Sequence record: DRR723986_4862
Strand: one strand, 5' to 3'
Length of the DNA: 64,000 nucleotides
The position numbers and the translations under genes were made by a program. Positions 48,445-58,965 of the stretch are shown piece after piece. Each line of letters starts with the position of its first letter. Positions within the stretch are counted from its first letter, which is position 1. The notes below the pieces were generated by a model that was given only the letters and a program-made list of their open reading frames with translations, ran no database searches and was not told the origin of the DNA.

Positions 48445-51400
48445 ATGATGCGGTATCTCGCGGGAATACTTTTATTATTAACAGCGCTGACAGGTTGTGG
48501 GGGCTCCGGTTCGAGTTCGTCGGGTGGCTCGGGCGATGTTCCGGGCGACAATGGCGGCGGTGACCAGGAGCCCGTTGTCGGCCGAACGTTTGTCATTGAG
48601 CCGGGAGAGTCCGCTACCAATGATATGGTGACGGCGATGATCGCCGCCCGCCCCGGTGACACTATCGAATTTAGCGAAGGTTACTTTGAGCTGCGCTCAG
48701 GGCTGCAGATTTCCTCCACGGAAAATATTCACATCAAAGGCCAGGGGATGAACGAAACGATCCTGTCCTTCAAGGAGAGCAGTTCGCAAGAGGGCTTTTT
48801 GGCCAATACGGTCCGCGGGGTGGTTGTCGAGGACCTCACCGTTCTGGACTCGCCGGGCGACGCCTTTAAGCTCCAGGGGGTTGACCACGGCACCCTGCGT
48901 CGGGTGAGAGCCTTCTGGTCGAGTGGCCGCAATACCGCCGACGAAGACCCGGTGACGGCAGAAAATTACCGAGAAAAGCTCCAGGTTGCCTGTACCGATC
49001 CGGCGCGGCATAACCCGAATAACCCAAACCCCACTGAAACCGATACCACATCGCCGGATTACACCGTCAGTATTCTGTCGGGGCGCTACGGTATATACCC
49101 GGTCAATTCGCAGAATATCCTGGTTGAGAATGCGGAGTCTGTCGGTGCTTCGGATGCCGGGATTTACGTTGGTCAGACCGATAATGCGATCATTCGCAAC
49201 AGTCGCGCGGCATTTAATGTCTTCGGCTTTGAGATCGAGAACGTACGCGGCGGTGAATACATGGGCAATATTGCCGAGTGTAATACCGGCGGTTTCCTGA
49301 TCTACGACCTGGATGGCCTAACTCGCTACGGCAGCCGCACGCGCATGTATCAAAATATTGCCCGCAACAATAACACTTACAACTTTGCTGAGCCGGGCAG
49401 TTTGGTTGCAAACGTTCCACGGGGGGTCGGTATGATCACCCTCGGCTACGATAAAATCGACGTGTTCGATAACGTTTTCGAAGATCACGGCACAGCGGGT
49501 ATCGTACACACCAGCTACGAGTTGATGGGGCCACCTGGTGATCGGCGCCTGGATATGTACACCGAGGGTGTGCATATTTTCAACAATACCTTTAAAAACA
49601 ACGGTAATGATGTTCCCCAGCCGGATTTCGCGACAATCTTGGCGACAGAGGGCGAGCAGGTAACATCGGCGTTTCCATTGCTGGTCGGCTTGAAGGTGGC
49701 GGCCGCTACGGGCCAATACCGCGGCGCGCATATTGTTTGGGATGGCTATGCAGACAGCTACGACGAAAACTGCCCCTATCCTACAGATGATCAAGGCCAG
49801 CCTATCCCCCGGGATGAAGAGGGCAAGCCCATCTCCGGTAACCACTACCCCAACCCGGATTGCCGCTACAACGCTTACAAGTTTGATACCGCGACGGCCG
49901 AGCGCAAAAAGCCCCAGTGGTGGTTCTCTTGTATCGATGATGACAATAACTTCGATGGTGACAGCTTAGCCTACGCCAACTTCCACGGTACCGAGGGCCT
50001 GGAGTTACTGCTTAATGCGCCACCAGAGTCAGCGGATGACCTTATCGAGGTGGTGCAAGGGCTGCAGGGTTTCGCTGCAGATACCGATATTAGCCCCCAT
50101 AAATGTGACGATCAGTACGGCAGTAACTTGCCGTTATTGCCGCCTATTGTCATTCCTGAGTTTGAGCCGGCAGTCGCCGTTGATCCCGCGCCTACTCAGG
50201 CTGAGATCGACGCACTGTGCGAGGCATCCACCCCCGCGGGGGAGATCAATGCAGCGGCCTACCGCGTCAACTGTCCGCAGTTGGATCAGTATCAGTTATT
50301 CGCTGATGCGGAGGATCCACGGAGCATGCCCAACGGCCGCGGTGTGCCATTTGTCTTAAACAGCAAGCTGTTTTCCGATTACTCCACCAAGTATCGCGCG
50401 GTGTTTATCCCAGAGGGAGAGCAGGCTGTTTACCGAGATGGCGCCGATGGCAGCAATGCAACGATCCTGTTCCCGGTGGGAACAATCATCGCGAAGAGCT
50501 TTGCTTTTGCCGATGAAGCCACCAACAGCGAAGAGGTGGTGGAGACGCGTTTGCTGATCAAGCGTAAAACCAGCAGCGAACAGGTTTACTGGGATGGTTT
50601 GGAATACATCTGGGAGCAGGAAAATGGTAAGCGGGTTGCCCGCCTCGCCCAGGGCGGAGGGGTTGCCAGCGTGTCGTGGAATTACCACGATGTAAACAGC
50701 GGTGAACTGTATAACGGCGCCACCGACGAATACCTACTGCCCAATGCGAATCAGTGTCTGAGCTGCCATTCGAATGACGATGCGGAAACCGGTGCGGCGC
50801 CGATCGGGCCCAAAGTGCGCAATTTGAATCGCCCGTTTGCCAGTGAATCGCCGATCAGTGCAGGCATTGAGCAACACCCGGTGAATGGTGAAAACCAGAT
50901 CTTGTATTGGTGCCGCAACGGCCTGATGAAAAACTGCCCAGAGGGCTTGCAGCTCGATCCAGTCACTAGCTACATCACCAATATTGAAAGAAACCCGATC
51001 TTTAATGTTCCTGGCGACTCCGGTGCCGATGCGGATAGCGATGCCGATATTGAAGCCCGGGTGCGAAGTTATCTGGAGGTCAACTGCGCACACTGCCATA
51101 ACCGTCGGGGTCTGGCTCAAAATACCGGCTTCTATCTGGATGTCTTCCGTGAGGTGAATGACACCTATGGGATTTGTAAGGGGCCGACTGCCAGTGGAAC
51201 CGAGGGGCGCGGCGGCCGAGAGTATGACATCGTACCGGGAAGTGCCGCGGAGTCTATTCTGCCTTATCGGCTAGGGCCGGAGGCCACCAGCCTGGCAGCG
51301 AAGATGCCGCCCATTGCCAGAAGCACTGTCCACAGCGGCGCCTTTGCGCTGGTGAGCCAATGGATCAATGACGTCGTTGATAGTAGTTACGACAATGCCG

Positions 51401-51504
51401 ATGCCTGTAACGGCAGTTCAGATGAGCCGGATGACTCGCCGACGTTACCGTTGTGTGCGCCGGACCAAGTGCCGGGCATTGGTGGCGAGTGCCTGCCGCT
51501 GTAG
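48445..51504 (+). CDS. lipoprotein fusing a parallel beta-helix domain to a C-terminal diheme c-type cytochrome (SO2930/HNE_0200-like)
   Basis: Lipobox LTGC; YGIYPV, GASDAGIYVGQ, GFEIEN beta-helix motifs; LFSDYSTKYR, FPVGTIIAKSF, ETRLL; CLSCH and CAHCH; MPP. Confidence 0.85.
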   Translation: MMRYLAGILLLLTALTGCGGSGSSSSGGSGDVPGDNGGGDQEPVVGRTFVIEPGESATNDMVTAMIAARPGDTIEFSEGYFELRSGLQISSTENIHIKGQGMNETILSFKESSSQEGFLANTVRGVVVEDLTVLDSPGDAFKLQGVDHGTLRRVRAFWSSGRNTADEDPVTAENYREKLQVACTDPARHNPNNPNPTETDTTSPDYTVSILSGRYGIYPVNSQNILVENAESVGASDAGIYVGQTDNAIIRNSRAAFNVFGFEIENVRGGEYMGNIAECNTGGFLIYDLDGLTRYGSRTRMYQNIARNNNTYNFAEPGSLVANVPRGVGMITLGYDKIDVFDNVFEDHGTAGIVHTSYELMGPPGDRRLDMYTEGVHIFNNTFKNNGNDVPQPDFATILATEGEQVTSAFPLLVGLKVAAATGQYRGAHIVWDGYADSYDENCPYPTDDQGQPIPRDEEGKPISGNHYPNPDCRYNAYKFDTATAERKKPQWWFSCIDDDNNFDGDSLAYANFHGTEGLELLLNAPPESADDLIEVVQGLQGFAADTDISPHKCDDQYGSNLPLLPPIVIPEFEPAVAVDPAPTQAEIDALCEASTPAGEINAAAYRVNCPQLDQYQLFADAEDPRSMPNGRGVPFVLNSKLFSDYSTKYRAVFIPEGEQAVYRDGADGSNATILFPVGTIIAKSFAFADEATNSEEVVETRLLIKRKTSSEQVYWDGLEYIWEQENGKRVARLAQGGGVASVSWNYHDVNSGELYNGATDEYLLPNANQCLSCHSNDDAETGAAPIGPKVRNLNRPFASESPISAGIEQHPVNGENQILYWCRNGLMKNCPEGLQLDPVTSYITNIERNPIFNVPGDSGADADSDADIEARVRSYLEVNCAHCHNRRGLAQNTGFYLDVFREVNDTYGICKGPTASGTEGRGGREYDIVPGSAAESILPYRLGPEATSLAAKMPPIARSTVHSGAFALVSQWINDVVDSSYDNADACNGSSDEPDDSPTLPLCAPDQVPGIGGECLPL

Positions 51505-51512
51505 TGATGAGC

Positions 51513-51537
51513 AAGGGGGCAAAAGGCCCCCTTTTTT
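51513..51537 (+). terminator. Rho-independent terminator
   Basis: AAGGGGGC-loop-GCCCCCTTTTTT. Confidence 0.8.
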
Positions 51538-51546
51538 ATGAGGCGG

Positions 51547-52716
51547 TTACGCGGCGAGCGCTAATTTCTTAGCGTATTTTTCGCGTTTGCCTGGCAGCAC
51601 ATTGATCTTTTCCAGGTCTCCGCCAGCCCATTCAATAACGCGTTTATCCATCACTTTGAACCACAGTGGTGGAATATATGCGAGCAAGAACATTTCGTAA
51701 TAGCCCCATGGCAGCTGAGGCACGTCGTCGAAGTGGCGGAGGCATTGGTAGGAGCGGCTGGGGTGTGCGTGGTGGTCAGAGTGGCGTTGCAGCTGGAAAG
51801 TAAACAGGTTTGATACCAGCGCATTTTGATTCCAGGAATGCTGTGGGCGAGGGGGCTCATAGCGGCCACTGCTGTCTTTGCCGCGCAGCAAACCATAGTG
51901 CTCAATGTAGTTGGCCAGTGATAGGTTCATATGTCCCAGCCATGCACTGAACAGAGCAAAGCCAAGAATCACAGGGCCAAACAGCAGGCCTATCGCCGTG
52001 AAAAAGCTGAGGCCGATGATCACGCCGGGTAGGATTTCATTTTCCAGTGACAAAACGGACTTGCCTTTCTTAGCCAGGCGCTCCGCTTCCAGCTTCCAGC
52101 CACGGTACCAGGTTAAGGGCTGCTCCCTGAGAATAAACTGGTAGAAGGTTTCGCCCATTTTTGATGAGGCCGGATCGTCAGGTGTCGCGACATAGCGGTG
52201 GTGACCGCGATTGTGTTCAACATTGAAGTGCGGCAGCGCGGCGATACCCAAGGCTAGGCTGGCCGCCCAGCGATCGCTGCGATTGCGCTTATGGCCGAGC
52301 TCGTGGCCCAGATTGAGCAGGCCGCCGCCAAAGCCCATGCAGGAAACGGACAGTGCTGCCAAACCCCAGATCGATAGATCGGCCCACCACGCATAATAGA
52401 TACCGGCGCAGAGCGCAGCGATAGAGCCGCCGAGTGCACAGAACAATGCGGCTTTGAAATAGCCGTCGGCCTCCAGTGCTGGAACGTCCTCTTCTGCATG
52501 GTTATTCGGATCTTGGCCGAGTAAGCGGTCGAGTAGCGGGACGCCGATGTAAAACAGCGGATAGCCGATCATCAGCCACGCGACGTTGCCGGTGAGCTCG
52601 GCGGGGATAATGCCAATTAGCAATACCCAGGGCATCACGGCCGCGTTGACTAGCCACAGCCAGCGCAGGCGTTGTGTAAGGTCGGTAATCGACACGAAAG
52701 ATGTGGTGTTTGCCAT
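51547..52716 (-). CDS. alkB: alkane 1-monooxygenase
   Basis: HELGH, EHNRGHH, NYIEHYG and LQRHSDHHA His boxes. Confidence 0.93.
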   Translation of the reverse strand: MANTTSFVSITDLTQRLRWLWLVNAAVMPWVLLIGIIPAELTGNVAWLMIGYPLFYIGVPLLDRLLGQDPNNHAEEDVPALEADGYFKAALFCALGGSIAALCAGIYYAWWADLSIWGLAALSVSCMGFGGGLLNLGHELGHKRNRSDRWAASLALGIAALPHFNVEHNRGHHRYVATPDDPASSKMGETFYQFILREQPLTWYRGWKLEAERLAKKGKSVLSLENEILPGVIIGLSFFTAIGLLFGPVILGFALFSAWLGHMNLSLANYIEHYGLLRGKDSSGRYEPPRPQHSWNQNALVSNLFTFQLQRHSDHHAHPSRSYQCLRHFDDVPQLPWGYYEMFLLAYIPPLWFKVMDKRVIEWAGGDLEKINVLPGKREKYAKKLALAA

Positions 52717-52818
52717 GAGATAGGTCTCCGCCTTGTTATTATCTTCGCCCAGCTTAGTCCGCCTTGTTAGAGCTGCCCATGTTGCGACTGACCTCTATTA
52801 TTGTTAATTTCGGCCATC

Positions 52819-53853
52819 ATGGATAAAAATAACAATTATGAGACGGCAAACTACCATGCGCTGCGCCCCGCGCTGGGGCTACTCGTGTTGTGCCAGGCGC
52901 TCGATGAGCTGGCACTGGATACCGATGCCGTATTGGCCGCCACTCACCTGACTCGGGACTTTTTGGAAACACCCGGCGCCTTGATACGTCGGGAGCAGGA
53001 AATCGCCTTTATCGAGCATGTGCTGGCCAGTAACCCGCGTGCCGACCTGGCGTTTCGTGTGGGCCTGCGCTACCACTACGGCGCCTTTGGTGTGTGGGGC
53101 TTGGCGCTGACCAGCAGCGAAAATTTAATACAGGCCTTTGAAGTGGCTCATGAGTTTATCGAGCTCACCCACAGTTTCGCGGGCCTGGAGCTGAAGCTTG
53201 ATGGCGACATTGCCACGGTTGAGGTGCATGCTGATTACCCGGCTGGCCCGGTGAGAAACTTCGTTATTGAGCGTGATTTGGTGATTACTTTGATTATTGC
53301 CGCGGAAGCGGCAGGTCGACGATTGCCGGTCATTGATGTGGAGATCAGTTTGCCGAGGCCAGACTACGCTGCGGAATTGGAGCGAATGGCCGGCGTGCAG
53401 ATTCAGTGGGCGGCGGAGCATACTCGCGCCCACATTCATCGCGAGGAATTACTGAAACCCCTGCCTCAGGCAAACCCGATTACCTGGTCTGCCTGTGTGC
53501 GCCAATGCCGGGACCTGATTGCTCAGCAGCATGGTGAGCGGCCCTTCGAGATTCGCTTGCGTCAGTTGATTGCTGAGAGCCATTTTGCGGGGATCAAAGT
53601 GGTGTGCCGCCGTTTGGGTGTTTCCGAGCGCACATTGCGGCGCCAACTGCGCGATGAGGGCCACAGTTTTCGCCAGCTTCAAGAAGAGGTGCGTCGGGAG
53701 CTGGCCGAACAGTGCCTAGCCGATCCGGCACTCAGCCTGGAAGCCATTGCTGAGCGCCTTGGTTACAGTGAAACGGCGAATTTCTGCCATGCCTTTCGTC
53801 GCTGGACCGGACGTAGCCCAGGCGCCTACCGACGGGGGCTGCAGCCTTACTGA
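52819..53853 (+). CDS. AraC-family regulator (divergent from alkB)
   Basis: C-terminal SERTLRRQL...IAERLGYSETANFCHAFRRWTG. Confidence 0.92.
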   Translation: MDKNNNYETANYHALRPALGLLVLCQALDELALDTDAVLAATHLTRDFLETPGALIRREQEIAFIEHVLASNPRADLAFRVGLRYHYGAFGVWGLALTSSENLIQAFEVAHEFIELTHSFAGLELKLDGDIATVEVHADYPAGPVRNFVIERDLVITLIIAAEAAGRRLPVIDVEISLPRPDYAAELERMAGVQIQWAAEHTRAHIHREELLKPLPQANPITWSACVRQCRDLIAQQHGERPFEIRLRQLIAESHFAGIKVVCRRLGVSERTLRRQLRDEGHSFRQLQEEVRRELAEQCLADPALSLEAIAERLGYSETANFCHAFRRWTGRSPGAYRRGLQPY

Positions 53854-54192
53854 CTACTTGGCGGTGAGCGCTTCGCCCTCAAAGGCGATGCCGGTCCAGC
53901 CGCTGCGCATAAAGTTGCGGATATTGGCGTGATCATCGCCGTCGGGGTGCTGAAGTACATCGATGCGATAATAGTCACCGAAAGCCTGTAATGTGGCCTG
54001 CTCGCTCAGCCCTTCGTGCAGGGCAAAGGCAAAAATTTTGCAGGAACCATTATTGCTGTTGGCGGCATTGTGCGTATCGCCGTTGCGAAAAGCCGTGGGC
54101 GTAAAGTCGAAGTTCGTGTCGATATACTCGATAACATCTGTAAATTGGGCGCTGCCGGCCTCCAGGGCCGCGAGCAAAGTGTCTTTGTTCAT
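53854..54192 (-). CDS. HopJ-family protein
   Basis: FTPTAFRNG, NNGSCKIF, FGDYY, DHANIRNFM..GW. Confidence 0.88.
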   Translation of the reverse strand: MNKDTLLAALEAGSAQFTDVIEYIDTNFDFTPTAFRNGDTHNAANSNNGSCKIFAFALHEGLSEQATLQAFGDYYRIDVLQHPDGDDHANIRNFMRSGWTGIAFEGEALTAK

Positions 54193-54301
54193 GGGGGTTC
54201 CGAAATATGGCTAAACGGGGGCGGGAAGTATAGCGGGCCTGCCTCGATGAGTCAGTGCAAGGCAGGCCCGGGTCGACGTAGGGCTACAGCATGACGCAGG
54301 G

Positions 54302-55951
54302 CTACAGCATTTTGCGCGCCAGTTCCTGCATCAAGGCTTCCATTGCCGCTTCGCGGTCGCCGAGCAGGTTTTTGTAACCGGCCAACAATTCGCGCTTTTC
54401 TTGCAGTTGGTTGAGCTCGCTGCCGTATTTGTTTTGAATATCAGACTTTAGCGAGGCCTCCAGCTCTTTCAGTTGGCCCTTCAACTCTTCGCCCAGAACG
54501 TCGCCCAAAATGCTGTCAAGGTTGGACTTGAGCTTAACGATGGGGTCGTCGACGCTGCCATTCACGCGCATGTCCATCACCAGCTTGCTGACACCCTCCA
54601 GCGCGCGAGCCAGGCGTTGCGCGGTTGGGTTTTCGCCGCCCGCACTGGCCACGAGAATTTTAGCTTGGTTGACCAGGCCTTTTACCGAGCCGCTAAGATC
54701 GTCGCCATTGAGAGAGAAGTTCGCGGCAATATCGGCCAACCCCTGCTCGAGCTGGAGCGGCAGCTGCGGGCTTTGTGAGAGCGCGATCCCTGACAGCAGC
54801 AGCTGCTTGAGGGTCATGCTTACGTTGGCGCTCATGGCATCATTCTGCTGCTTAAACAGACCGTCGATGAGCAATTGCGCCTGCTCCTCAACACCGCCTT
54901 GCAGTTTCATGGCAATGGGCTTTTCAAGCTTGTCGGTTATGTCTTCAATTTTTCCGTTGTAAGCCAGCTTTTGCTCGCCAACCATTTGGTAGCCGTCGAT
55001 CAGCACTTCGCGAATCAGTATGCTGACGGGCAGTTCGCTGCTGCCGGCGGGTTCGCTGGGCGCAGAGGATTCCTTCGCGGCGAGCTCTCCCATCGTTTGC
55101 TTGTAAAGCGTTAGACCGCGCTGCACGAACTTTGTCGCATCGTCACCCAGCAGGAAGCGCAACATGCCGTCGGTGCCTTGGTCTACGCCATACTTGCTCA
55201 TAATGCGCTGCGACTGTGCAGCGGGCAGCCGGGCTGCGCGTGAACTTAAGGTTTTGGCGGTATCCACGTCGGCAGAAATTTCCTTATTCAGCCCTTTGAA
55301 TTGTTTGAGCTCGTCTTTGATGTCATCGCGTAGCTGTTTGGCACCGGCAATGCGCTCAAAGGTGTTCTTCTCTTTCAGTGCCTCCCAGCGCGCTTTAAAT
55401 TCGTCGAGGCGCTCCTGTTGAGGAAGCGTCTTTGACTTCTCTTGCCACTTTTCCTCCAGGGTTTTGAAGCCGTTTTCGATCTCCTCCACCTCTGCCTGAA
55501 TAATCGCCTGCTCTTCGGCCATAATGGCATTGGCGTCGGGCAGCTCAATGCTGGGCAATCCGCCTTCTTCTTTGGGCTTGGCGGGCGGCATGCTGCCGTC
55601 GAGGGTACCCGGCGTGCTGCGTTCGGTGGCCATCTGCAACCCGGACAATAAGACCTGATCGGCGATAAACTGACGCTTGATCAGCGCCGTGCTGTCGACG
55701 TCGGCCGACACCTTCTCGCTTTCCAGTAGGTTGCTCATCGGTTCATTGGGGTTGGCGACGGTCAATCCGTACAGGGCGACATGGGTCGGATAGAGCTGGA
55801 TATCAATGTCGTCGACATTGACTTTGGCGCCGACGGCTTTGCTGCCTTCGCTTTCTATCGCCCACTTGGCGATAGGTTCCAGTGCAAAGGCCACTGTGGC
55901 GACGATAATAACGACCAATAGTAATAGGCCGCGCAGTATCCATTTCATCAT
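54302..55951 (-). CDS. TIGR03545-like AsmA-related envelope protein
   Basis: N-terminal TM; GAKV..ANPNEPMSN; coiled coils; SNLD near the C-terminus. Confidence 0.72.
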   Translation of the reverse strand: MMKWILRGLLLLVVIIVATVAFALEPIAKWAIESEGSKAVGAKVNVDDIDIQLYPTHVALYGLTVANPNEPMSNLLESEKVSADVDSTALIKRQFIADQVLLSGLQMATERSTPGTLDGSMPPAKPKEEGGLPSIELPDANAIMAEEQAIIQAEVEEIENGFKTLEEKWQEKSKTLPQQERLDEFKARWEALKEKNTFERIAGAKQLRDDIKDELKQFKGLNKEISADVDTAKTLSSRAARLPAAQSQRIMSKYGVDQGTDGMLRFLLGDDATKFVQRGLTLYKQTMGELAAKESSAPSEPAGSSELPVSILIREVLIDGYQMVGEQKLAYNGKIEDITDKLEKPIAMKLQGGVEEQAQLLIDGLFKQQNDAMSANVSMTLKQLLLSGIALSQSPQLPLQLEQGLADIAANFSLNGDDLSGSVKGLVNQAKILVASAGGENPTAQRLARALEGVSKLVMDMRVNGSVDDPIVKLKSNLDSILGDVLGEELKGQLKELEASLKSDIQNKYGSELNQLQEKRELLAGYKNLLGDREAAMEALMQELARKML

Positions 55952-56113
55952 GCGCTTACACTCCTTATTGTGGTGCGGGCAGGTGTTTACCCAGTAGTGG
56001 TGACAGCATAGCGATTCCCTTGTGACCTCGAAACCGCCATTTTGCTCAATTGTGACGCGGAGATAGCCGCCGGTTCGCGGGCGTGGCGGTAAGCCAATGT
56101 GGCGGGGGGCTGC

Positions 56114-56713
56114 TTAGCTGCCGCCGAATTCGGTGGGCAGGCGCTTTACCAGTTGAGAAACGGCGAGGCCGCGGTGACTGAGGCGGTTTTTTTGCTCGGG
56201 GGGCAACTCCGCCGCGCACTTGTTTAGCGCGGGGATAAAAAAATGGGGGTCGTAGCCAAAGCCGTTGTCGCCTCGTGGAGTATCCACAACCTCACCCAAC
56301 CAGCGGCCCTCACAAATGATCGGGGCGGGGTCTTCCGGGTGGCGAACAAATACCAGCGCGCAGTGGAAGTGGGCTTTGCGTTGGCGGATGTCAGCCAGAT
56401 CGCGCAGCAGCTTGGCATTGTTGTCGGCGTCTTTCGCGCCGGCACCGGCATAGCGGGCCGAATAGATGCCGGGTGCGCCGCCCAGCGCGTCGACACACAG
56501 CCCGGAGTCATCTGCCAGTGCTGGCAGGCCGGTTTGCAGGGCGGCATTGCGCGCTTTAATCAGGGCATTCTCAACAAAGCTCAGGCCGTTTTCCTCAGCC
56601 TCTTCAACCTGCAGGTCGCGCTGGCTGATCATTGAAAAACGCTCACCCAAAAGCTGGCTGAATTCGGCGAGTTTGCCAGCGTTGCCTGTGGCGACGACAA
56701 TTTTTAAGGTCAT
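56114..56713 (-). CDS. rdgB: dITP/XTP pyrophosphatase
   Basis: ATGNAGKL, ADDSGL, PGIYSARY, GFGYDP, SHRG. Confidence 0.96.
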   Translation of the reverse strand: MTLKIVVATGNAGKLAEFSQLLGERFSMISQRDLQVEEAEENGLSFVENALIKARNAALQTGLPALADDSGLCVDALGGAPGIYSARYAGAGAKDADNNAKLLRDLADIRQRKAHFHCALVFVRHPEDPAPIICEGRWLGEVVDTPRGDNGFGYDPHFFIPALNKCAAELPPEQKNRLSHRGLAVSQLVKRLPTEFGGS

Positions 56714-56716
56714 GCC

Positions 56717-57193
56717 TTAATTCTCTATATGCAGGGTTTTATTGAACTGAATATCGTAGGGCTGGGGGCGGGTGGTGGTGTTCACGCGCAGGCGGAAGTC
56801 GCGGGTTTCCTGTTTGCCATCAATGGATAATTCGGCGATGTAATAAATGGCATCCTGCTCGATGACTTCTCTAAAGTTCAGCGGCGTTCGGTGTATCAGG
56901 TCTGAGCTGCTGCCACTGACTGTGGCCCGGATAGGCTCGCTTGTGCCATCGCTGGTATGTCGAACCGATACATTGACGAGAAATTTGTCCTTGCCGCGCG
57001 TAATGCCATAGCTTCGGGCAACCTCAGGGGTGAGAAAACCGGTGTTGAGAACATTGAAGTAAACCGTGTCAGCGCCGAAGGTTTGCGACGTGGGCGGCGA
57101 CACTGGCGCGGCGGGGTCTTGGGCGAGGCTGGGCCATGCACTCAGGCCTACAATCATCAGCATTACGAGTTGGCGGGCTGCGCTCATGTTCAT
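56717..57193 (-). CDS. DUF4426 family periplasmic protein
   Basis: Signal peptide; FLTPEVARSYGITR; EQDAIYYI; metW-DUF4426-rdgB synteny. Confidence 0.85.
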   Translation of the reverse strand: MNMSAARQLVMLMIVGLSAWPSLAQDPAAPVSPPTSQTFGADTVYFNVLNTGFLTPEVARSYGITRGKDKFLVNVSVRHTSDGTSEPIRATVSGSSSDLIHRTPLNFREVIEQDAIYYIAELSIDGKQETRDFRLRVNTTTRPQPYDIQFNKTLHIEN

Positions 57194-57214
57194 TTCCTTG
57201 CCGTTTGCAGTGGT

Positions 57215-57808
57215 TTATTTACTAATATGGTAGACCGCCGTCACCCCGAGCACATTGGGAAAGCGCTGGGCGAGGGCCCCTTGCGTGTTGTCTCCGCTGA
57301 CTACGCTGCTGTTGAGAATGCGGATGAATTTTTCGTCGCACAGGGCTTCAAAGTCGCGCACGGTACAAAAGTGTATATTGGGCGTGTCGTACCACGTGTA
57401 GGGTAAAAATTTACTCACCGGCATTCGTCCGCGCCCCGTGAGGTGCCAACGGCTGCGCCAGTGGCCAAAGTTCGGGAACGTGACGATACACTCTCGGCCG
57501 ACCCGCAGCATTTCGTCGATAACGAGGTGCGGATACCGCAGCGTTTGCAGGGCCAGGGTCATCACCACGACATCGAAGCTGTCGTCGCGAAAATTCCCCA
57601 GGCCGGTGTTGAGGTCGTGCTCGATAACATCCACGCCCTTGCTCAGCGCTTCGGTAATATTATCGGGGTCGATTTCCAGGCCCAAGCCGGAAACTTGCTT
57701 CTCTTCAGCCAGGGTTTTGAGCAGTGTGCCGTCGCCGCAGCCCAGGTCAAGGACCCGGGCGCCGGGCTTGATCCAGGGCTGGATAAGGGTTAGGTCAAAG
57801 CGCATCAC
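57215..57808 (-). CDS. metW: methionine biosynthesis protein MetW
   Basis: [23 protein letters not shown]. Confidence 0.95.
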   Translation of the reverse strand: MMRFDLTLIQPWIKPGARVLDLGCGDGTLLKTLAEEKQVSGLGLEIDPDNITEALSKGVDVIEHDLNTGLGNFRDDSFDVVVMTLALQTLRYPHLVIDEMLRVGRECIVTFPNFGHWRSRWHLTGRGRMPVSKFLPYTWYDTPNIHFCTVRDFEALCDEKFIRILNSSVVSGDNTQGALAQRFPNVLGVTAVYHISK

Positions 57809-58956
57809 AGGCCCTCCGCTACACGTTTCATGTAGGCGTTGAATACCGCCATATAGCGCGGGATGGGAATCAAAAACGCATCGTGTCCGTGATTCGCCTC
57901 AATTTCTGCATAGCTAACGGATTTGCCCGCCGCGACTAAGGCATCGACGATTTCTCGCGACCGGTCCGGAGCAAAGCGCCAATCCGAGGTAAATGACATC
58001 ACCATAAATCGGCACTTGGCGTGGCTGAATGCCGCGACTGGATCGTCGTCGTACTCGCGGGCCAAGTCGTAGTAGTCCAGAGCCTTCGTCATCAGCAAGT
58101 AGGTATTGGCGTCGAAGCTTTCGGCAAAGCGCGAACCCTGATGGCGCAGGTAGCTTTCTACCTGGAACTCCACGGGCCCTTGGGAGCCGAGTTTCAGGTC
58201 TCCGGCCTTGAGGTCGCGGCCGAATTTCTCCTTCATGCCGTCGTCGGACAAATAGGTAACGTGACCGATCATCCTGGCCAGTGCCAGGCCCTGGCGGGGC
58301 AGCGTGTCGTGCTCTAGATAGCGGCCCTGGTGAAAGTTGGGATCGGAGCAAATGGCATTGCGAGCGATCTCGTTGAAGGCGATATTCTGCGCCGACAGCT
58401 TCATTGCCGAGGCGATCACGACGCAGTGGCGCATGGCATCGGGGTACTCCAGTGCCCAGCGCATCGCCTGCATACCGCCGAGACTGCCACCGATAATGGC
58501 GGCCCATTGCTCAATGCCAAAGTGCGCCATCATCAGGCGTTGGCTCTCCACCCAGTCGCGACAGCGCAAAGGCGGGAAGTCCGGCCCCCAGGGCTTTCCG
58601 GTTTCCGGATTGATGGAGGTGGGGCCGGTGGAGCCGTGGCAGCCGCCGATATTGTTAATGCTGAGCACGAAGAACACATTGGTGTCGATCGGCTTTCCAG
58701 GCCCAATGCAGCTGTCCCACCAGCCGGGCTTGCGCTCATCAGGGTGGTGTCGCCCCGCGGCGTGATGGTGGCCGCTGAGTGCGTGGCAGATCAGAATGGC
58801 ATTGCTGCGCGCGGCATTTAGCTCGCCGTAGGTTTCAAAAACGATATCGTGTTCGGGCAGGCTGCGACCACAGGAGAGCGCCAGTGGCTGATCAAAATGC
58901 AGGGTCTGTGGCGTGACGATGCCGACGCTGTCTTGTTGCTCTGGCTGGTGTGTCAC
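57805..58956 (-). CDS. metX: homoserine O-succinyl/acetyltransferase
   Basis: [26 protein letters not shown]. Confidence 0.95.
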   Translation of the reverse strand: MTHQPEQQDSVGIVTPQTLHFDQPLALSCGRSLPEHDIVFETYGELNAARSNAILICHALSGHHHAAGRHHPDERKPGWWDSCIGPGKPIDTNVFFVLSINNIGGCHGSTGPTSINPETGKPWGPDFPPLRCRDWVESQRLMMAHFGIEQWAAIIGGSLGGMQAMRWALEYPDAMRHCVVIASAMKLSAQNIAFNEIARNAICSDPNFHQGRYLEHDTLPRQGLALARMIGHVTYLSDDGMKEKFGRDLKAGDLKLGSQGPVEFQVESYLRHQGSRFAESFDANTYLLMTKALDYYDLAREYDDDPVAAFSHAKCRFMVMSFTSDWRFAPDRSREIVDALVAAGKSVSYAEIEANHGHDAFLIPIPRYMAVFNAYMKRVAEGL

Positions 58957-58965
58957 CTTCCTGAA

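Noticed and set aside
53854-54192. HopJ protein as a type III effector
   Set aside because: The family is widespread in non-pathogens and no T3SS genes are in the window
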